From: Cercozoa sp. M6MM
Taxonomy: Eukaryota > Protista > Endomyxa: Ascetosporea
Assembly (NCBI GenBank): GCA_040357565.1
Contig: JBDODJ010000084.1
Reading direction: 5' to 3' (one strand)
Length of the DNA stretch: 46,930 nucleotides
The notes beneath the pieces are model-generated. The model worked only from the letters and a program-made list of their open reading frames with translations. It had not been told where the DNA came from and did not search any database. A program made the translations under genes and the position numbers. This document shows positions 11,301 to 23,827 of this stretch, piece after piece. Each line of letters starts with the position of its first letter. Within the stretch, counting starts at the first letter, position 1.

Positions 11301-13164
11301 TCGTGTACACTCGTAGGTGCCGCAACCAGAGGAGACAGGTGACGGTGCACAGATGGTACCACGCTTTTTATATCCTTGCTGTCTGTACCATCTGATGCTT
11401 GTGTGTATGATAGATCCTGCGATGGCAGTACCGCACGATCAGTCGCGGCGACACCTCTCTGCTGGCACAACTGCGACACGACTTTCCACATGTCTCTCTG
11501 GACGACTATGGTACCACACACACACGCACACACACACACAGAGGTACACACGAAAAGGAAACCTCCCCTGTATACGTGTAGTCTCCTTTCACTTCTTGCG
11601 TCAGTGGACGCGTCTGCCACTCGACAGTACTCTCTCTTCCTCTGTCTGTTGCTGTCATGTCTGTCTGTCTTGTGTATGCCTGCACACACGCAGGTGTCCT
11701 GGCACGACACCGTGCCCAGCTGCCGATGGGAAGACGACTGCGACGCGACCTCTCCCAAGTGGTCGACTCCTACCTGTACTCTGTACCTGCACGTGACAAC
11801 TTACCTATGGTACGTGTGTGTGCTGTTGCACAGTTCAAGGAAGGAACGATCCCACTCTCTGTCACGTTCCCGTTCCTTCACGGTACGTACTGGGAACATA
11901 CGTATTGTGAGCATGAGTGTATGTATTGTGCCTCCTACCACTGTTTGCAGGAAAGTTGGCACAGCGAGCAAGACGAGTCCTTGCTCCAGGCTGACCACGG
12001 CGACGGGCACAGCGACGAGGCTTGGCTGTCGCCACAGTGGCCATCGGCGACACTGGTCGGTGCCTGGGCACGCCACGGCGGTGTTCCTGTCACCGAGAAG
12101 GTGTGTATATATTCCTCCCATGTCACAGCCCCTGCTTTTTCGTTTATATCTGTGTGAGTTTGTTGCAGGTCTTTGTGCATGCCAAGGTAATGATCGTGGA
12201 TGATCGTGTCGCCATCATCGGCAGTGCCAACCTTAATGACCGTACCATCACTCTTCTGCATCCTTCTCTTGTGTGCGTGAGGTGGGTTTCCATAGGCTCA
12301 CTGCTGGGATCAAGAGACTCCGAGTGTACTGCAATCTCTGCTGTCTTTTGTGATGTTTATCCCCTGTACCCAGCATATGTGTCTGTGTTGTCTTGTGCAG
12401 TGGCCGTTGTGGTCGAAGACGAAGACATCGTGCCGTCCTTCTTCGCCAATCGACGCATCGCTGTGGCTCGGTACCCTCACGTTTCTGTCCGGTGATTTTG
12501 CACATCCCGGTATGTGTGTTACTGCACTGTTGTTGATGTGCGCGTCGACACAGTGCAGTGCGCGATTTGCGACTGCGCTTGTGGCAAGAGCACCTCGGTG
12601 TACCCGATGAGACAGGTACAAACAACAACCCTCTGCCCCTGCTGCATACTCACTCGACTATCTTTGTGCCATCTACCCTCAGTGCCATCGCTGGTCGATG
12701 TCGGGACCGACGACGTCTACCATGGTAAGCCAGCAAGTGATAACTGCGCATGCTCATGTTGTATGCTATACCACCCAGGGGTATGGCGTGCCACTGCCCT
12801 TCGCAACACGCGGTTGTTCGAGCGTGTCTTCCCGAGCATTGCTTCCGATCGCTGGCGCACGTTGGAGGAGGTTCGAAAATCCCATGCTTGTCGGCACACA
12901 CATGCCGTATGTCATACGATGTTTCGCAGTGGCGTCGTGTCGGAGGTTTCGACGTGCCTCCGCGTGCCAACACCGACGGCACCGAGCTCAATCAAGTGCG
13001 AGGAACGCTTTGCATGGTACTGTTTTTTCTTGCTTTTGCCTGTTTTGGTGGGTGATCGCGTGAATTGTGACGGTTTCGAGCAGCACCCACTCATGCACTG
13101 CTGCGATGACGACGTCGGACGAGCACCGCTGGCTTTCTTGCTTGGCAACTCGGCCTTCCAGTAG
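6776..13164 (+). CDS. PLD: Phospholipase D (two HKD motifs) with N-terminal myristoylation motif and two Cys-rich repeats
   Basis: HKD1 WSHHQKFVVVD..VGGLDVCLGRFD; HKD2 [33 protein letters not shown]. Also PFRSFAPVR, LLQRKAEQGVRIYIVLWKE, PRMPWHD and HFIYIEQQY. The exon chain extends upstream to ATG 6776 (MGVCVSTRRK); stop TAG at 13162-13164. The start is less certain than the family call. Confidence 0.9.
8349..8391. repeat. (TG)n microsatellite, intronic
   Basis: Directly visible, ending just before a ttag acceptor in PLD. Confidence 0.95.
9527..9590. repeat. Degenerate (GACT)n / CTGAY array in a PLD intron
   Basis: tgactgatcactctgactgatctgactgactgatcactttgactgactgactgactgtctgacc. Confidence 0.85.
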
Positions 13165-13516
13165 TCGCGCCGGTCTCAGTCACCACCTACCTACATCGGC
13201 CGCTCGCTTCGGAGTAAAGCCGACCGAACCCGTTCCCATAAACCTTCGCTTCTAGCCCCATCGGCTCGGGAGACACGAGCTCGAGACGAGATGTTTTCGT
13301 TTGCGTTGAGTTACTATTTATTCACTTTAGCGCTCGGAAGGACCCACCCATCACTGCACGGCAACTTGTAACGTAACGTGGTAAGATGCATCGCATGCCG
13401 CATGCGATACGATACGAATTTGATTCACGGATGGATAAGACACGCGACGATGTTGAGCCGCGCAACCTCAGTTCGCTCAAGTTGCCGCACGTTCACTACA
13501 AGAGCGTAGGTTTCGT

Positions 13517-15317
13517 TTACGAACTCGAACTGTGTCGCTGTAGGTCACTGAAACACGAGTCGTCAAGTGTTTCGGGCAAGAGTTGTTTGCGCGTTCCGAC
13601 GACGGTGGTTTCGTTACGCCCGTTAGTCATGAGCCACTACACGTACCATACGTGTTTATAAGAATTAATATATATATATATATGTATAGTGCTACGCGAC
13701 TGCGCACGTTGTCAAATTGCTGCGACAGCGCCGCGCGAACTTCGTGTTCGTAGAGTTTCTTGAGACCCTTGTTCATGAACTTGAGTGTCAAGACAAGCAC
13801 GGCACCAGGTCGCATCTGCGGTGCCAGCAGCTGCACTTGTCGGCAGCTCTGCAAACAGACATGTTGAGCTCGTATCCCAACATATAGCAACCTTCGTCCA
13901 CAACGTACAATGCGCGGATCGATGTTCATGTCGCACACGATGATATCAAACGGCGCAGTTTGTGCCAGCTCTTCTGAGTAGAGCACCTTTTGCACTCGTC
14001 TGTAGTTCAGTCCACACGTCTCAAACAATGCATGGGTACATCAGACAGAGGCGGGCGAGAGCGAGGTTACTGCTGCAGGTGCACGACGGTGGCGTTGTCG
14101 TTGGCAGCCAGACGTCGCACCTCGGCTAGATCGATTTGGGCCGGATCGATCGCAACGACGCGACTGCCGGGACCGGCGATTCTGGCCAGGCACGTCGTCC
14201 AGCCGCCCGGTGCCGCACCTATCGCACACGTTTATTGCAAGTACAGCCAGGTAACAAAGCACCGGTACCTACATCAACGGCACGCAAAGTCGAAGGTAAC
14301 TCAATGCCAAAGTCTTCGCACACTTCGCGCAACTTGAACTGCGCGCGACACACAGCGTTTCGCGTGGCTTCTTCGCGCTCTATAGACCTCTGCCTGTCCA
14401 TCATCACAGTGACGTTTCCAGCATGTCATAGCAAATATAACAAGTGTCTGGGGCACATAGGGACGCAGCATACTTGTTTTGCCACTGGGCAGCCACGCAA
14501 ACGCCAAGGTAGTCGCGGTCGAACATGCGAGCACACATGAAAACGCGATCGAAACTGGAGGGCGACAAGGACACGCCGTTTTGGTACAGTGTCTCGGCCA
14601 CCTGCATCACTCTAAGCACAACTGACAGAGTGAGTTAGCAAGTTTATGATGATGTACGTGCGACGTGCTTACCGATTGGTGGGGCGTGCTTGCACGCGCC
14701 ACTTGTTTGATTCGGCAAACACATCGACGCCGTTGTTGGCCTCCTGCAGTGCAGCGCGCGCCTGTTCGAAGTTGTCCACGGCATTGTCCACAATGGCATC
14801 GACTGCAAAGCATGCACATCGTACACAAATTGAGGTACATAAATATGCGTACGATACCCCTGTAAATGCCGTGGATAAAGCGCGGCACAGTGTGGTGCGA
14901 CCAAACGCGCTCCATCAGCGTCTCGAGATTCTCGCGCTTTTGCATGCGCAAAAAGATGCTACAGGACGCGGAAATCAAGACCAGTGTGCGGACATTAGAG
15001 CTTATAATATTCCAAAGTCTGAGTACAGTCTGTGATCCATCTCTTGTTCAATCACTTCGCACTGCACGTCAGCTCCAAAGTAGTCGCTCACGAAGCGACG
15101 CTTCAATCGCGCAGCTTCAAAACATCACTTCTCGTTTCAGTCAGCAGAAGATTGGGTCAATCGCCTCGCGTACCATGTGAAGACTGCGTGAGTACAATCA
15201 AATCTGGCACGTAGCATTCACGTGTTCTACGCGCAAATAAATAACCGTCCAATATAGTGAGGGTGCATAGTACACAACTCACCTTTTGGTCGTGCGCACA
15301 ACAACCGGAGAAACCAT
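13517..15317 (-). CDS. FtsJ/RrmJ-fold RNA 2'-O-ribose methyltransferase (RlmM-like)
   Basis: RAQFKL, SAM-binding AVDVGAAPGGWT, VVAIDP, IVCDMN, VLTLKF and NGRNET give the K-D-K-E catalytic tetrad. A long N-terminal extension starts at MVSPVVVRTTK. Confidence 0.8.
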
Positions 15318-15808
15318 CGTTAATGACTATGATTAGGTTCCAGTCTGTGCTTGCTTCTAGCGATAGTGAGCTGTTTAAACCAGAGTCTCTATAAATGTCT
15401 GTATCGCGTAGTATTGCTTCCCTCACTGATTATCATCTTCTTGATGCAACAACATGGAAAAAACAAACAATGGGTTATTTTGAAACAAAATCGCATCAAT
15501 TGCTCATTGCCGAGTCAAGTAAATGGTGCGGTCGATCGGCAAAACCTGCGCCCACTCATGTAGTACCTTGTATTGTTTTTGTCAACCTGACTCCGAATCA
15601 ATCCCCTGAGCCAAAAACTTTGGTTGGGTGCTGTTGTACGACGTGTACGGCGAATCCACGTGCCCTCAGTGCACTAAAACACGAGTGGGTGTGTCTGGTG
15701 TCACCAAAAACGCTTAGGCGACGCGTGGCGTCGAGAAACAGTATTTTCATGTCGTCCCGGCAACATGATCTCTTTATTATTTTTTGATGCAGCTTCTGTT
15801 TGTGCAGC

Positions 15809-18356
15809 ATGGAGCCACCTGCGGCCCAGGACACCTGCAGTTCAACGGGTGTTTTTCGCACCAACAACGCTGATAGTCGGTACCCCATTCGCTTTCCCCG
15901 CCACTGTTTGTGGTTTATGTCTGTTGTACTGTTGTACATAGGCGCTCGAGCGTCAGTAGCGTGCGTTCACATCGCATCACGTCCATGCTGCGCGAGCGAA
16001 AGTGTTCGTCAGGCTCTTCCATCTACTGTGTCGACGGCGACAAGGACTGCGAGAACGAGCAGCCGCAAGGAGACAGCGCCAACAAGGACCCCAAGGATTC
16101 CAAGGACCCCAAGGACGAGCAGACAGACGAAACCTCTGCCGAGGCGAAAAGTCCGCACGAAGACTGTTCTCACTCAGGCCCGCCATCAACGCAGGGCCGG
16201 TCCGAGCAGCAGGAGGCCGAAATCACTGAAGTGAAAAGCGACACGGAGGATGCCGCCGGTGTCGAAAGAACAGAGCTCGCCGAAAGCGAGGCCAAAGCAA
16301 GCGAAGACAACGAAGCGGTCGCGGAAGCTGACGAAACTGAAGTCGTCGAGACCACCGAGGAGCCGAAAGTGTCAGACTCGCCGAAATCGAAACAGTCGGA
16401 AAGCACACCCGTCGTCTCCGGTGGCACGCAACAGGTTTCCAATCACGCGCGCAGTGCGACGCAATCCTCTTCTTCCTTTCTGGTATTCATTCCAGTTATT
16501 TTCAGTCCTGTGTATTTCGTTTTCGCTTGTCTTTGTTTTAATTTGTTTTAAATTCGCTACTACAACTTTTGGCAGCGTTTCTTGGGTTCTGCTAGCGTTT
16601 CTCATTTCTGGATGTTCTTTTCTCCGTTTTAATGCGAGTGGCCATGCCGTGGCATGGGAGCACATGCATCAACCCCTTGCTCCCATCGTCACTGGCCTTG
16701 TCGAAAGAAGCGATTTCGCCGCTGTGTGGCGCGATTTTTGCGAAAGTTTCGCTTTGGTGCTGTTTTGACTCGAGCCCAGTCTCAGTCGGAGGTTTCGAGT
16801 GAAGCTTCGAGTGAAAAGGGCCAACGCTCGGTGGTTGTGACTGTTGCTGCTCGCACACCGACCGTGTCGCGAGCTCAGATTTCGTCTGTTTCGCACATCG
16901 TTGAGATTCCTCACTTTTTCACGTTGCAGCAACGCTCGGCGGCGACGGCCAGCGCTTCCACCGGCACGGCCGTCTCCTCGCTCGTGTTCGACCGCTACGG
17001 CTTCGTGTGCGAGGTCGACGACGATGAGCTTGACGATAAGCCGCACATGGGTGCCACGCGCAACACCAAGGGCAACGCCATCAAGTCGATGCGATCGCAC
17101 AACCTTCGCGTGGAACAGTGGCAGAAAGTCGTCTCAAAGTGGGAAGTCTGGCGCAGGCGTCGGCCCAAACAGGTGCGTGTTGGTGTATTGTTGTTTTTAA
17201 TAGAGTATGTTGGTTTCTGTGTAGCTCAAGGCACTTGTGCGAGGTGGTGTCTGCGACGAGGTGCGCGAGTTGGTCTGGCGACGCCTCACCGACAGTGACG
17301 AAGTGCTGGCGCAAAATCGGGGCGAGTACCAGCGACTGTTGCAAGCGGCAAACGCTGCCTCAGAAGCTGCTGACAGGGAGGAGGAAAAGGTAGCGCTTTC
17401 TCTGACGACATCTGTTTGTGTTTGTTACCTCTGTGGATTAATACCCACAGCAAGACCCGTCGCAGCGGAAGCGCCGACGAGACGAACGAATTGAGAACGT
17501 CATCGCTCGTGACATTCACCGAACCTTTCCACAAAACCGTTTGTTTTCCGTCGGCTTGCTCGTTTCGAACGACGGCAGCGGCGACCAGCAGGACCTCGGT
17601 CTGATCGGACAGCAGACCTTGTTCAACGTGCTTCGCGCCTACGCCATCGCTGATCCCGATTTAGGTTACTGCCAGGGCATGGTACTTTGCTTCTGCTTCT
17701 GCTACATCCGCGTGTGTTGATACACGCACGTTGTGTGTTGCGCAGGGCTTCATCGCTGCGATGTTGCTCATGTTCATGCCGGAAGAAAACGCTTTTTGGA
17801 CGTTGTCGCAGCTGATTCGTGATCCACGCTACCACATGCGTCCGCTGTTCATGCCGCACGTTCCAGGACAGCACGAGCGCTTCTTTGTGCTCAAGCGATT
17901 GATGAGGAAGTTTGTGCCCAAAGTCTCGCGCCTCTTCGACAACTCCGGTGTCGACCCGGCCATGTACGCCAGCGGCTGGCTGTCCACGCACTTTCTGTAC
18001 GATTTACCGTTCGGCGCGGCGCTTCGCGTCTGGGACGTCTTCATGAGCGAAGGTGAAAAAGCGATCTTCCGTGTCGCCCTTGGCGTTCTAAAGGTAGAGA
18101 GCTTTTAGGCTACTAGGTCTTTTGTTTGCAGAAGTTCATGTGTGTGCTTGTGCTGTAGCTCGCTCAACCGTCCCTGCTTAGTGCAGGCGAGGGTCTTGAG
18201 AATGTGCTTCCTGCGATTAAACGTTTTCAGCAGCGTGAACTCGCGAAAGAGGCTGTTGTCGATCGTCTATTTGAAGTCGCGTTCAAGATCAAGCTGAAGC
18301 GAAAGCACGTTCTGGATGCGCAGAGGGAGTGGAGACAAATGCAAATGCAAAGGTGA
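15809..18356 (+). CDS. TBC-domain Rab GTPase-activating protein with acidic low-complexity N-terminus
   Basis: DRYGF, IARDIHRTFP (Arg finger), GYCQGMGFIAAMLL (Gln finger), EENAFW, MYASGW and LRVWDVFMSEG. The link to the acidic exon at about 15942-16434 is inferred. Confidence 0.85.
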
Positions 18357-19067
18357 TTTCGTTCAGGACCGACGGACTAGAGGCTTTCCGCAGCGCGAGA
18401 CGTCGCGTCAGTTGCGTTGGCGACTAGTAGTAGAGTGTTTGTTTATCGTCCTGGCATTTGCGTTGAGTTTCACGTCAGTTACATGTGCTGCAGGGAGCTA
18501 CCCACTCGAGCGTAGCACCCCAAGCACGTTACCGAAAAGAGTTTGCGGATGGCAGTCAGATATCTGTCACGTCTTGAACAGGCAGTGTAGACTGGTAAGT
18601 TGTGTAGACGTGAGACGCAACTGCAGTAGTACTCCAAGTGCGGATCAGCAAAACAAATCGATATCCGGCTATGTCCTAGATCGCTTGAAACTAGCTGAGA
18701 CCACACAGAACATAGTTTTCAGTGTTCGAGATGCCTTGCGCGGCTTAACTCGGCCTGTAGCTCTCAAAAATCCTCAAAAAGCTGCAGTCGTGATCAAACC
18801 CGCGCTGACCGGGATTTCTCGTTTTTTTCGAACCACAGTGCCTCTTTAGAGCTGAAAAGAGCACTCTGGTTGTAAATTAGTTGTTTACCTTTGTAGACCG
18901 AATTAAAGCCTATAAGGTGCACCAGGCAAGGAGAAATCGTTAAAAATACTGTTTTGGTGGCACACTCGGCAAACTGCGCGCGCTGAGGGTACGTGATCGT
19001 GTGATTTATCACTGATTGGTCACCACTCCATCTTTCATGATCGACTTGAACAACAACAACTTTGACT

Positions 19068-19882
19068 ATGGTTAGTTCTACCCTCTTGACTAGTGTTGGT
19101 TGGTGTGTGGCTAGTGTGTGCTGGCCGTGTGTGCCTCAAAACCTTGTTTAAAACGTTGATATGTTGCTGAACAGACTGTCATTTCCAAGCTTGTGGACTT
19201 CGTCCACCACCCTCACCTTCCCCACTGGGGCCTTCCCCATCTCCACCTGCCGCGCCGCCTCCCTCGCTTCCGTTCGCGCTCGGCCCAGCGTCTGGCTGCA
19301 GTCGAGGCGGAACTGCGCCGCGCCGACGCGCACTTCATGCGTGTGCACCGCAGATACGCCTCGCTCGTGTTCGAGCAAGCGGCGGCGGGAGTGCGGCGCA
19401 TAGAGCAGCAGCTCGCAGTCCAACGTCGACTTGGCCAGCTGGTGGCCGCTCATGCCGCTCTTGTTGCGGCTCGTCTGTGTAATTTCAATTCCTTTTTCTC
19501 CCTGCTTTCGCTCTCGCTTTGACTTCCACCGTGCACTTCGACTTTCGCTTTACTTCTTGGCATTAGTTTCACTCTGTTGTTTCGCGCAGCGATGTTGGCC
19601 GAATACCGCAGCCTCGCCTGTGAACTGCCGCTCTGCGACCCTGTGACGTCCATTAAGCGGTACAGTACTTTTCATTTTCCCTGGGTCTTCCCTGATAACT
19701 TGGAACGCATGTTCCCTTTGAACAGACGCACTCAAGTCGTACGTGCCTGTGACACGGCTGGTGAGCGCGCCGCTCGCGCCTGCTTCGCCGTCAAGCGCGC
19801 TCAAGAGCAAGATGACCTGCCGTCCGACCTTGCCGAGGAGCTCGTGCGCGTGCAACTGGAGCTGCTTAGTCTCAAGCACTGA
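19068..19882 (+). CDS. Hypothetical helical/coiled-coil protein, about 190 aa, 4 exons
   Basis: ATG|gt one-codon first exon, then TVISKLVDFVHHPHLPHWGLPHLHLP..RLAAVEAELRRAD.., AMLAEYRSLACELP.. and ..LAEELVRVQLELLSLKH*. Splice phases are broadly consistent; no family recognised. Confidence 0.5.
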
Positions 19883-20817
19883 GCCTCCCTCAACACAAGC
19901 TGTCTCCGCGTCTTGAACTGGAAAGTACTTTCCCCCTGAAAAACGCTGCACTAAATCAGCGGACAGCCTCTGTTTGACGCTTTTGCTGTTGCATTGGCGC
20001 TTTTGAATTGAATTAACCTACTGTGTACAGCGTTCTTCTTTCATTCTTACTGTGTCATTCGGCTCATGGGTTTCGTTTGACCTGGTTTCTTCAGGAGCTG
20101 AACCGACTCCCGACAGCGTGGTGATCACTAAGAGAATGTGCTTGTGATCAAAAACAGTGTGCATTTTGTCTGGCCTGTCTCATGGCCATGGCATTACCAC
20201 TGCGGGCCCCGCCGAATTCGCTCACGTTACTTCGTGGATACATTTATATCCTCCAGTGGCAGTGGGTAAGTTATTGTCTGGCCGTTCTTCCCTCGCCTAT
20301 CCATGCGAGTGAAGACTCAAGCACGCGCGGTCCAAGCCGCTGAGGCACTAGCAGCACGATATGACGACAACAAGGTGCACCCATCTCCGTCCACTGTCGT
20401 GGTCGAGCGTCGACGGTGAACCGAACCACCTTCCGAGTCAGACGAGTCTAGCGACGGGAGCTCTTCTGCCGTGTCTGTCGCGCGTGCCACTTTCTCTCCC
20501 CCGTGACTTCGTGCGAACCGTCAATGAACGATACGCCGTTGGGTCGGTGAGCTCGCTTGCCGGCTTAACAATCTTCGACCCTAACGACGAAGCATCCGAC
20601 GCTTAGTTGTTTATCTAGAACATCTATCAATCAATGGCTTCTTGGCAATGCCTTCGCTTGTTTGTTTGCTTTTGCTGATGCGATAGTACTAGTCAATCAA
20701 TTCAATAACGTCACAGCGTGCTTACATCGTACGTATCAATTACGGCCGATCAGCGGCTACACGGCCGGGACAGACGGACGGGGAGAAAGAAACGAAAGTT
20801 GACGACGGCCGGGCGCG

Positions 20818-21138
20818 TCACCGCGGCGCCACGTCCGAGTCGGCGTCGTCGGGCTGCCTCGCGGATGAACGCAGCGCGCGGGCGTCGACCTTAACGGCCA
20901 CGATGGGCGGCTGCTGCGACAGCGTGCGCTTGAGCACGGCTGTAAGAGTCAAAGATACCCGGTGATTGTACATTAGGCAGCACAAACAGCACAAACAGCA
21001 CAAACAGCACACACAGAGACACAGAGACACAGAGACACAGAGACACAGACACAGACACAGACACAGACACAGACACAGACACAGACANNNNNNNNNNACA
21101 CAGACACAGACACAGACACAGACACAGACACAGACACA

Positions 21139-21177
<39 letters not shown>

Positions 21178-21576
21178 GATAGTGCACCCTTCTGCTGGTG
21201 GCGCAGCGTGTCGGCCAGACGCGGACGCAATCGCTGTTCAAGAGCGTCCCACAGCACCGCCGGCAGCAAGCACAGCGCCAGCGAGGGCAGCGCAATTGCC
21301 CTGTCCATACACATATATGTATATAGGTATGTACAACACACATACATATATATATATAAATATACACTATATATAATGTCGTACCAGAAGGAAGAGCTGC
21401 CAAACACGTGGCTTACGACGCCGCACATCTCGGGAGTGAAGGTGCACATAGTCTCGTACACCTGCACAAACAGGCAGGTCAAAACACATGCGCACACGAG
21501 ACAAGGTGTACCAGGAAGACTGCGAAGTAGGCAACAATGCCCGCAAAAGCCGACAGCAGCGACACTGCATTCCACT
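20818..21576 (-). CDS. P4-type ATPase (phospholipid flippase), C-terminal fragment truncated by the 100-N gap
   Basis: WNAVSLLSAFAGIVAYFAVFL|VYETMCTFTPEMCGVVSHVFGSSSFW|AIALPSLALCLLPAVLWDALEQRLRPRLADTLRHQQK resembles the last TM helices and tail of P4-ATPases. Stop TGA at 20818-20820. No catalytic motifs are visible. Confidence 0.55.
20980..21176. repeat. Compound microsatellite (CACAAACAG)n/(ACAGAC)n/(AC)n spanning a 10-N gap
   Basis: Directly visible; lies in the last intron of the P4-ATPase fragment. N run at 21088-21097. Confidence 0.95.
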
Positions 21577-21676
21577 NNNNNNNNNNNNNNNNNNNNNNNN
21601 NNNNNNNNNNNNNNNNNNNNNNNNNNNNNNNNNNNNNNNNNNNNNNNNNNNNNNNNNNNNNNNNNNNNNNNNNNNN
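21577..21676. other. Assembly gap (100 N, probably of unknown true size)
   Basis: N run, flanked on the right by (TG)n. Confidence 0.99.
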
Positions 21677-21725
<49 letters not shown>

Positions 21726-22253
21726 AAATTGGTTCGTCAAGCTTTGGGATGAAGGCAGGTGTATTTGTCTTGCCCCCAACCCCAGTGTCTGAGGGGATAA
21801 GGGCATAAGGGATCTGAAGTATGTTGAGGCTAGAGTCCCCTACCTGGGACTCACGAGGACCACCATAAACAATCGCAATGCTCCATCGCTGTGCAAGCGT
21901 TTTAAAGTAGTGAGGAACCAAACGTTAACAACAGTTTTACGTTTAGTGCGGACGCGATCAAACTCTCCTGCGAGGATGGTAGTTGCTGGTACGCTCGATA
22001 ATGTATCGGAATGTATGCTTCGGAGGCTGGAACGACCAAAAGATGCGTGTTATTGTGCAACCGCGCCAAAGACAACGTGAGAGAAGAGCTGCGAAAATCG
22101 TGGGCGTAAAACTCACTTTCTGCCCCATCTGAGCAAATTGCTATCGCATGTTGGTCTTACCTCGCCATTGAGCTCAATCAGTGGACAGTGGTACGCGCCT
22201 CTGACCCTGCAGTTTGTTACCTGCACCTGCACACAGAATTTGCGAAAGGAGCG

Positions 22254-22349
22254 TTTCTCTATCTGACTAGAAACCACCCCTCCCCAGGTATCTGAACAAC
22301 TTTTCTCTATCTGACTAGAAACCACCCCTCCCCAGGTATCTGAACAACT
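22254..22349. repeat. Perfect 48-bp tandem duplication (2 copies)
   Basis: TTTCTCTATCTGACTAGAAACCACCCCTCCCCAGGTATCTGAACAACT at 22254-22301 and 22302-22349. Confidence 0.95.
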
Positions 22350-22493
22350 CAGTTGGTATCGCCGGTCGTCGCATGCGCAGTTACACGTCGCGGAGTAACA
22401 AAACACGCGTGGTCGTACTGCCGTGCAAGTGATACGGCATAGCGTTACTGGTTTCCATACCGTAACACAAGCGCTTGGATATTCGCGGATGGG

Positions 22494-23827
22494 GGGTTCT
22501 GGGGCGTTGAAGCCCACTTTTAAATACGCGTGCTAACTATCATCAGTGCATGAGCATATAAGATGGAAGTTCCGCTAATCCCGTAAACTCGAAGAAATCG
22601 GCTTCACAAAATCGGGCAATTGAGCGCCGACCCACGAAATATAAAACGACTGTCCGCGTCTTTTTCGTATGTTAGCATGAGCATAGTGTTGTTATTTTGC
22701 AAGTGTAGAGTGTAAGCACACGAGTGAACACGATAAAAACCATGCCTGGAGTTCTGTCGAAACTGGTGACAATCAAAACGGAGATTGAGTTCATTGAGAC
22801 GTACTGCTCTGATAAGGCGTCCTTGCTGCCCGATGTAGTGGATTTTTTCTCTTGTGGAGGCCACCCGGTGTGCCCGAAACACCGTACGAAGTACAACAAG
22901 AAGGCAAAGCGCTTCGCCAAGTACATGCCGAGCAAGAAGGCAATCTGTTGCACGCATCCCGACTGCAGCAAAGAATTCACGCAAAGAATTCACGCTCTCC
23001 AGTGTTGTCATGCAGACTGGGAGCACTTTGAAATGCGGTAAGCGCACCAGTGTGCAGTAGCTCCCTTCAGTTGAGCTGTGTACAGATATCTTCAAGCCAT
23101 TTCCAAAGATTGGACCGTACAAAGTGCTGCTCGCTGCCACTACGAGACTACGGTCACTGCGCCTTTCCTTCCAGGCAAGCCTTCGAGCTGCACGAGGACG
23201 ACCAGCAGTTCGTCGACACACGCGTCCAATTGCGTGCTGAGGCAGCTGCCAAGGCAGATGACGTGTGAGAGCGAGAGCGCCCTGGGAGAACTCCAGGACA
23301 ACGCAGAGGTACGTTGTGCACTCCTGTCAGGACCGCTCTCAACACCACACTTACATGTGCACATAACAGGACCTGTACGAGCTCCTGACCCGCGAAGACG
23401 CACTACGACAGCACGAGAACACTGCAGAAGTGGCAGATCAAGTTGACCCGGACTACGAGAGCCAAAACATGGCTCCCGGGACGCCAAGTGAGACCAGCGA
23501 ACCTCCCACCAAAAGACACGCCGTGCCGCTGCCAGCAAAGCAAAGACAGAGCTACTACGCCAAAGCCAGGGTGCTCTATTGATGTCAGCACTGCAGCGCA
23601 ACTTTCGTTACAACGAAACAGGCAGCAGAGATCGTCATTATCAAAGCGCGGTGATGCGAATCCGGCGCTCCAACGCAACAAAATAAGAGGATTGTATCAC
23701 AATTTTCTTCGAGTTTACGGGATTAGCGGAACTTCCACGCACTCAGTTATGCACTAATCTTATATGCTCATGCACTGATGATAGTTAGCACGCGTATTTA
23801 AAAGTGGGCTTCAACGCCCCAGAACCC
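22494..23827. mobile_element. Non-autonomous TIR DNA transposon (Mutator/MULE-like; Merlin-like not excluded), 1,334 bp
   Basis: Left TIR 22494-22597 (104 bp, GGGTTCTGGGGCGTTGAAGCCCAC...) and right TIR 23704-23827 (124 bp) are identical except for one 20-bp indel. A perfect 9-bp direct repeat GCGGATGGG flanks the element at 22485-22493 and 23828-23836. No DDE transposase ORF was seen. Confidence 0.92.
22742..23582 (+). CDS. Transposon-internal hypothetical protein, about 240 aa, 3 exons, Cys/His-rich N-terminus
   Basis: Exon 1 22742-23037 (MPGVLSK..CGGHPVCPKH..CTHPDCSKEF..CCH), gtaag intron, exon 2 23086-23308, gtacg intron, exon 3 DLYELLTREDALRQ..KARVLY*. Phases are compatible, but exon 2 may be frameshifted. 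Confidence 0.5.

Noticed and set aside
20030-20606. Possible small plus-strand gene (..YIYILQWQW|..MTTTRCTHLRP..EASDA*)
   Set aside because: One plausible intron, but no clear start and no recognisable motif; not supportable.
22254-22349. 48-bp repeat considered as a CRISPR-like array
   Set aside because: Only two abutting copies, no spacers, no cas genes, and a eukaryotic context.
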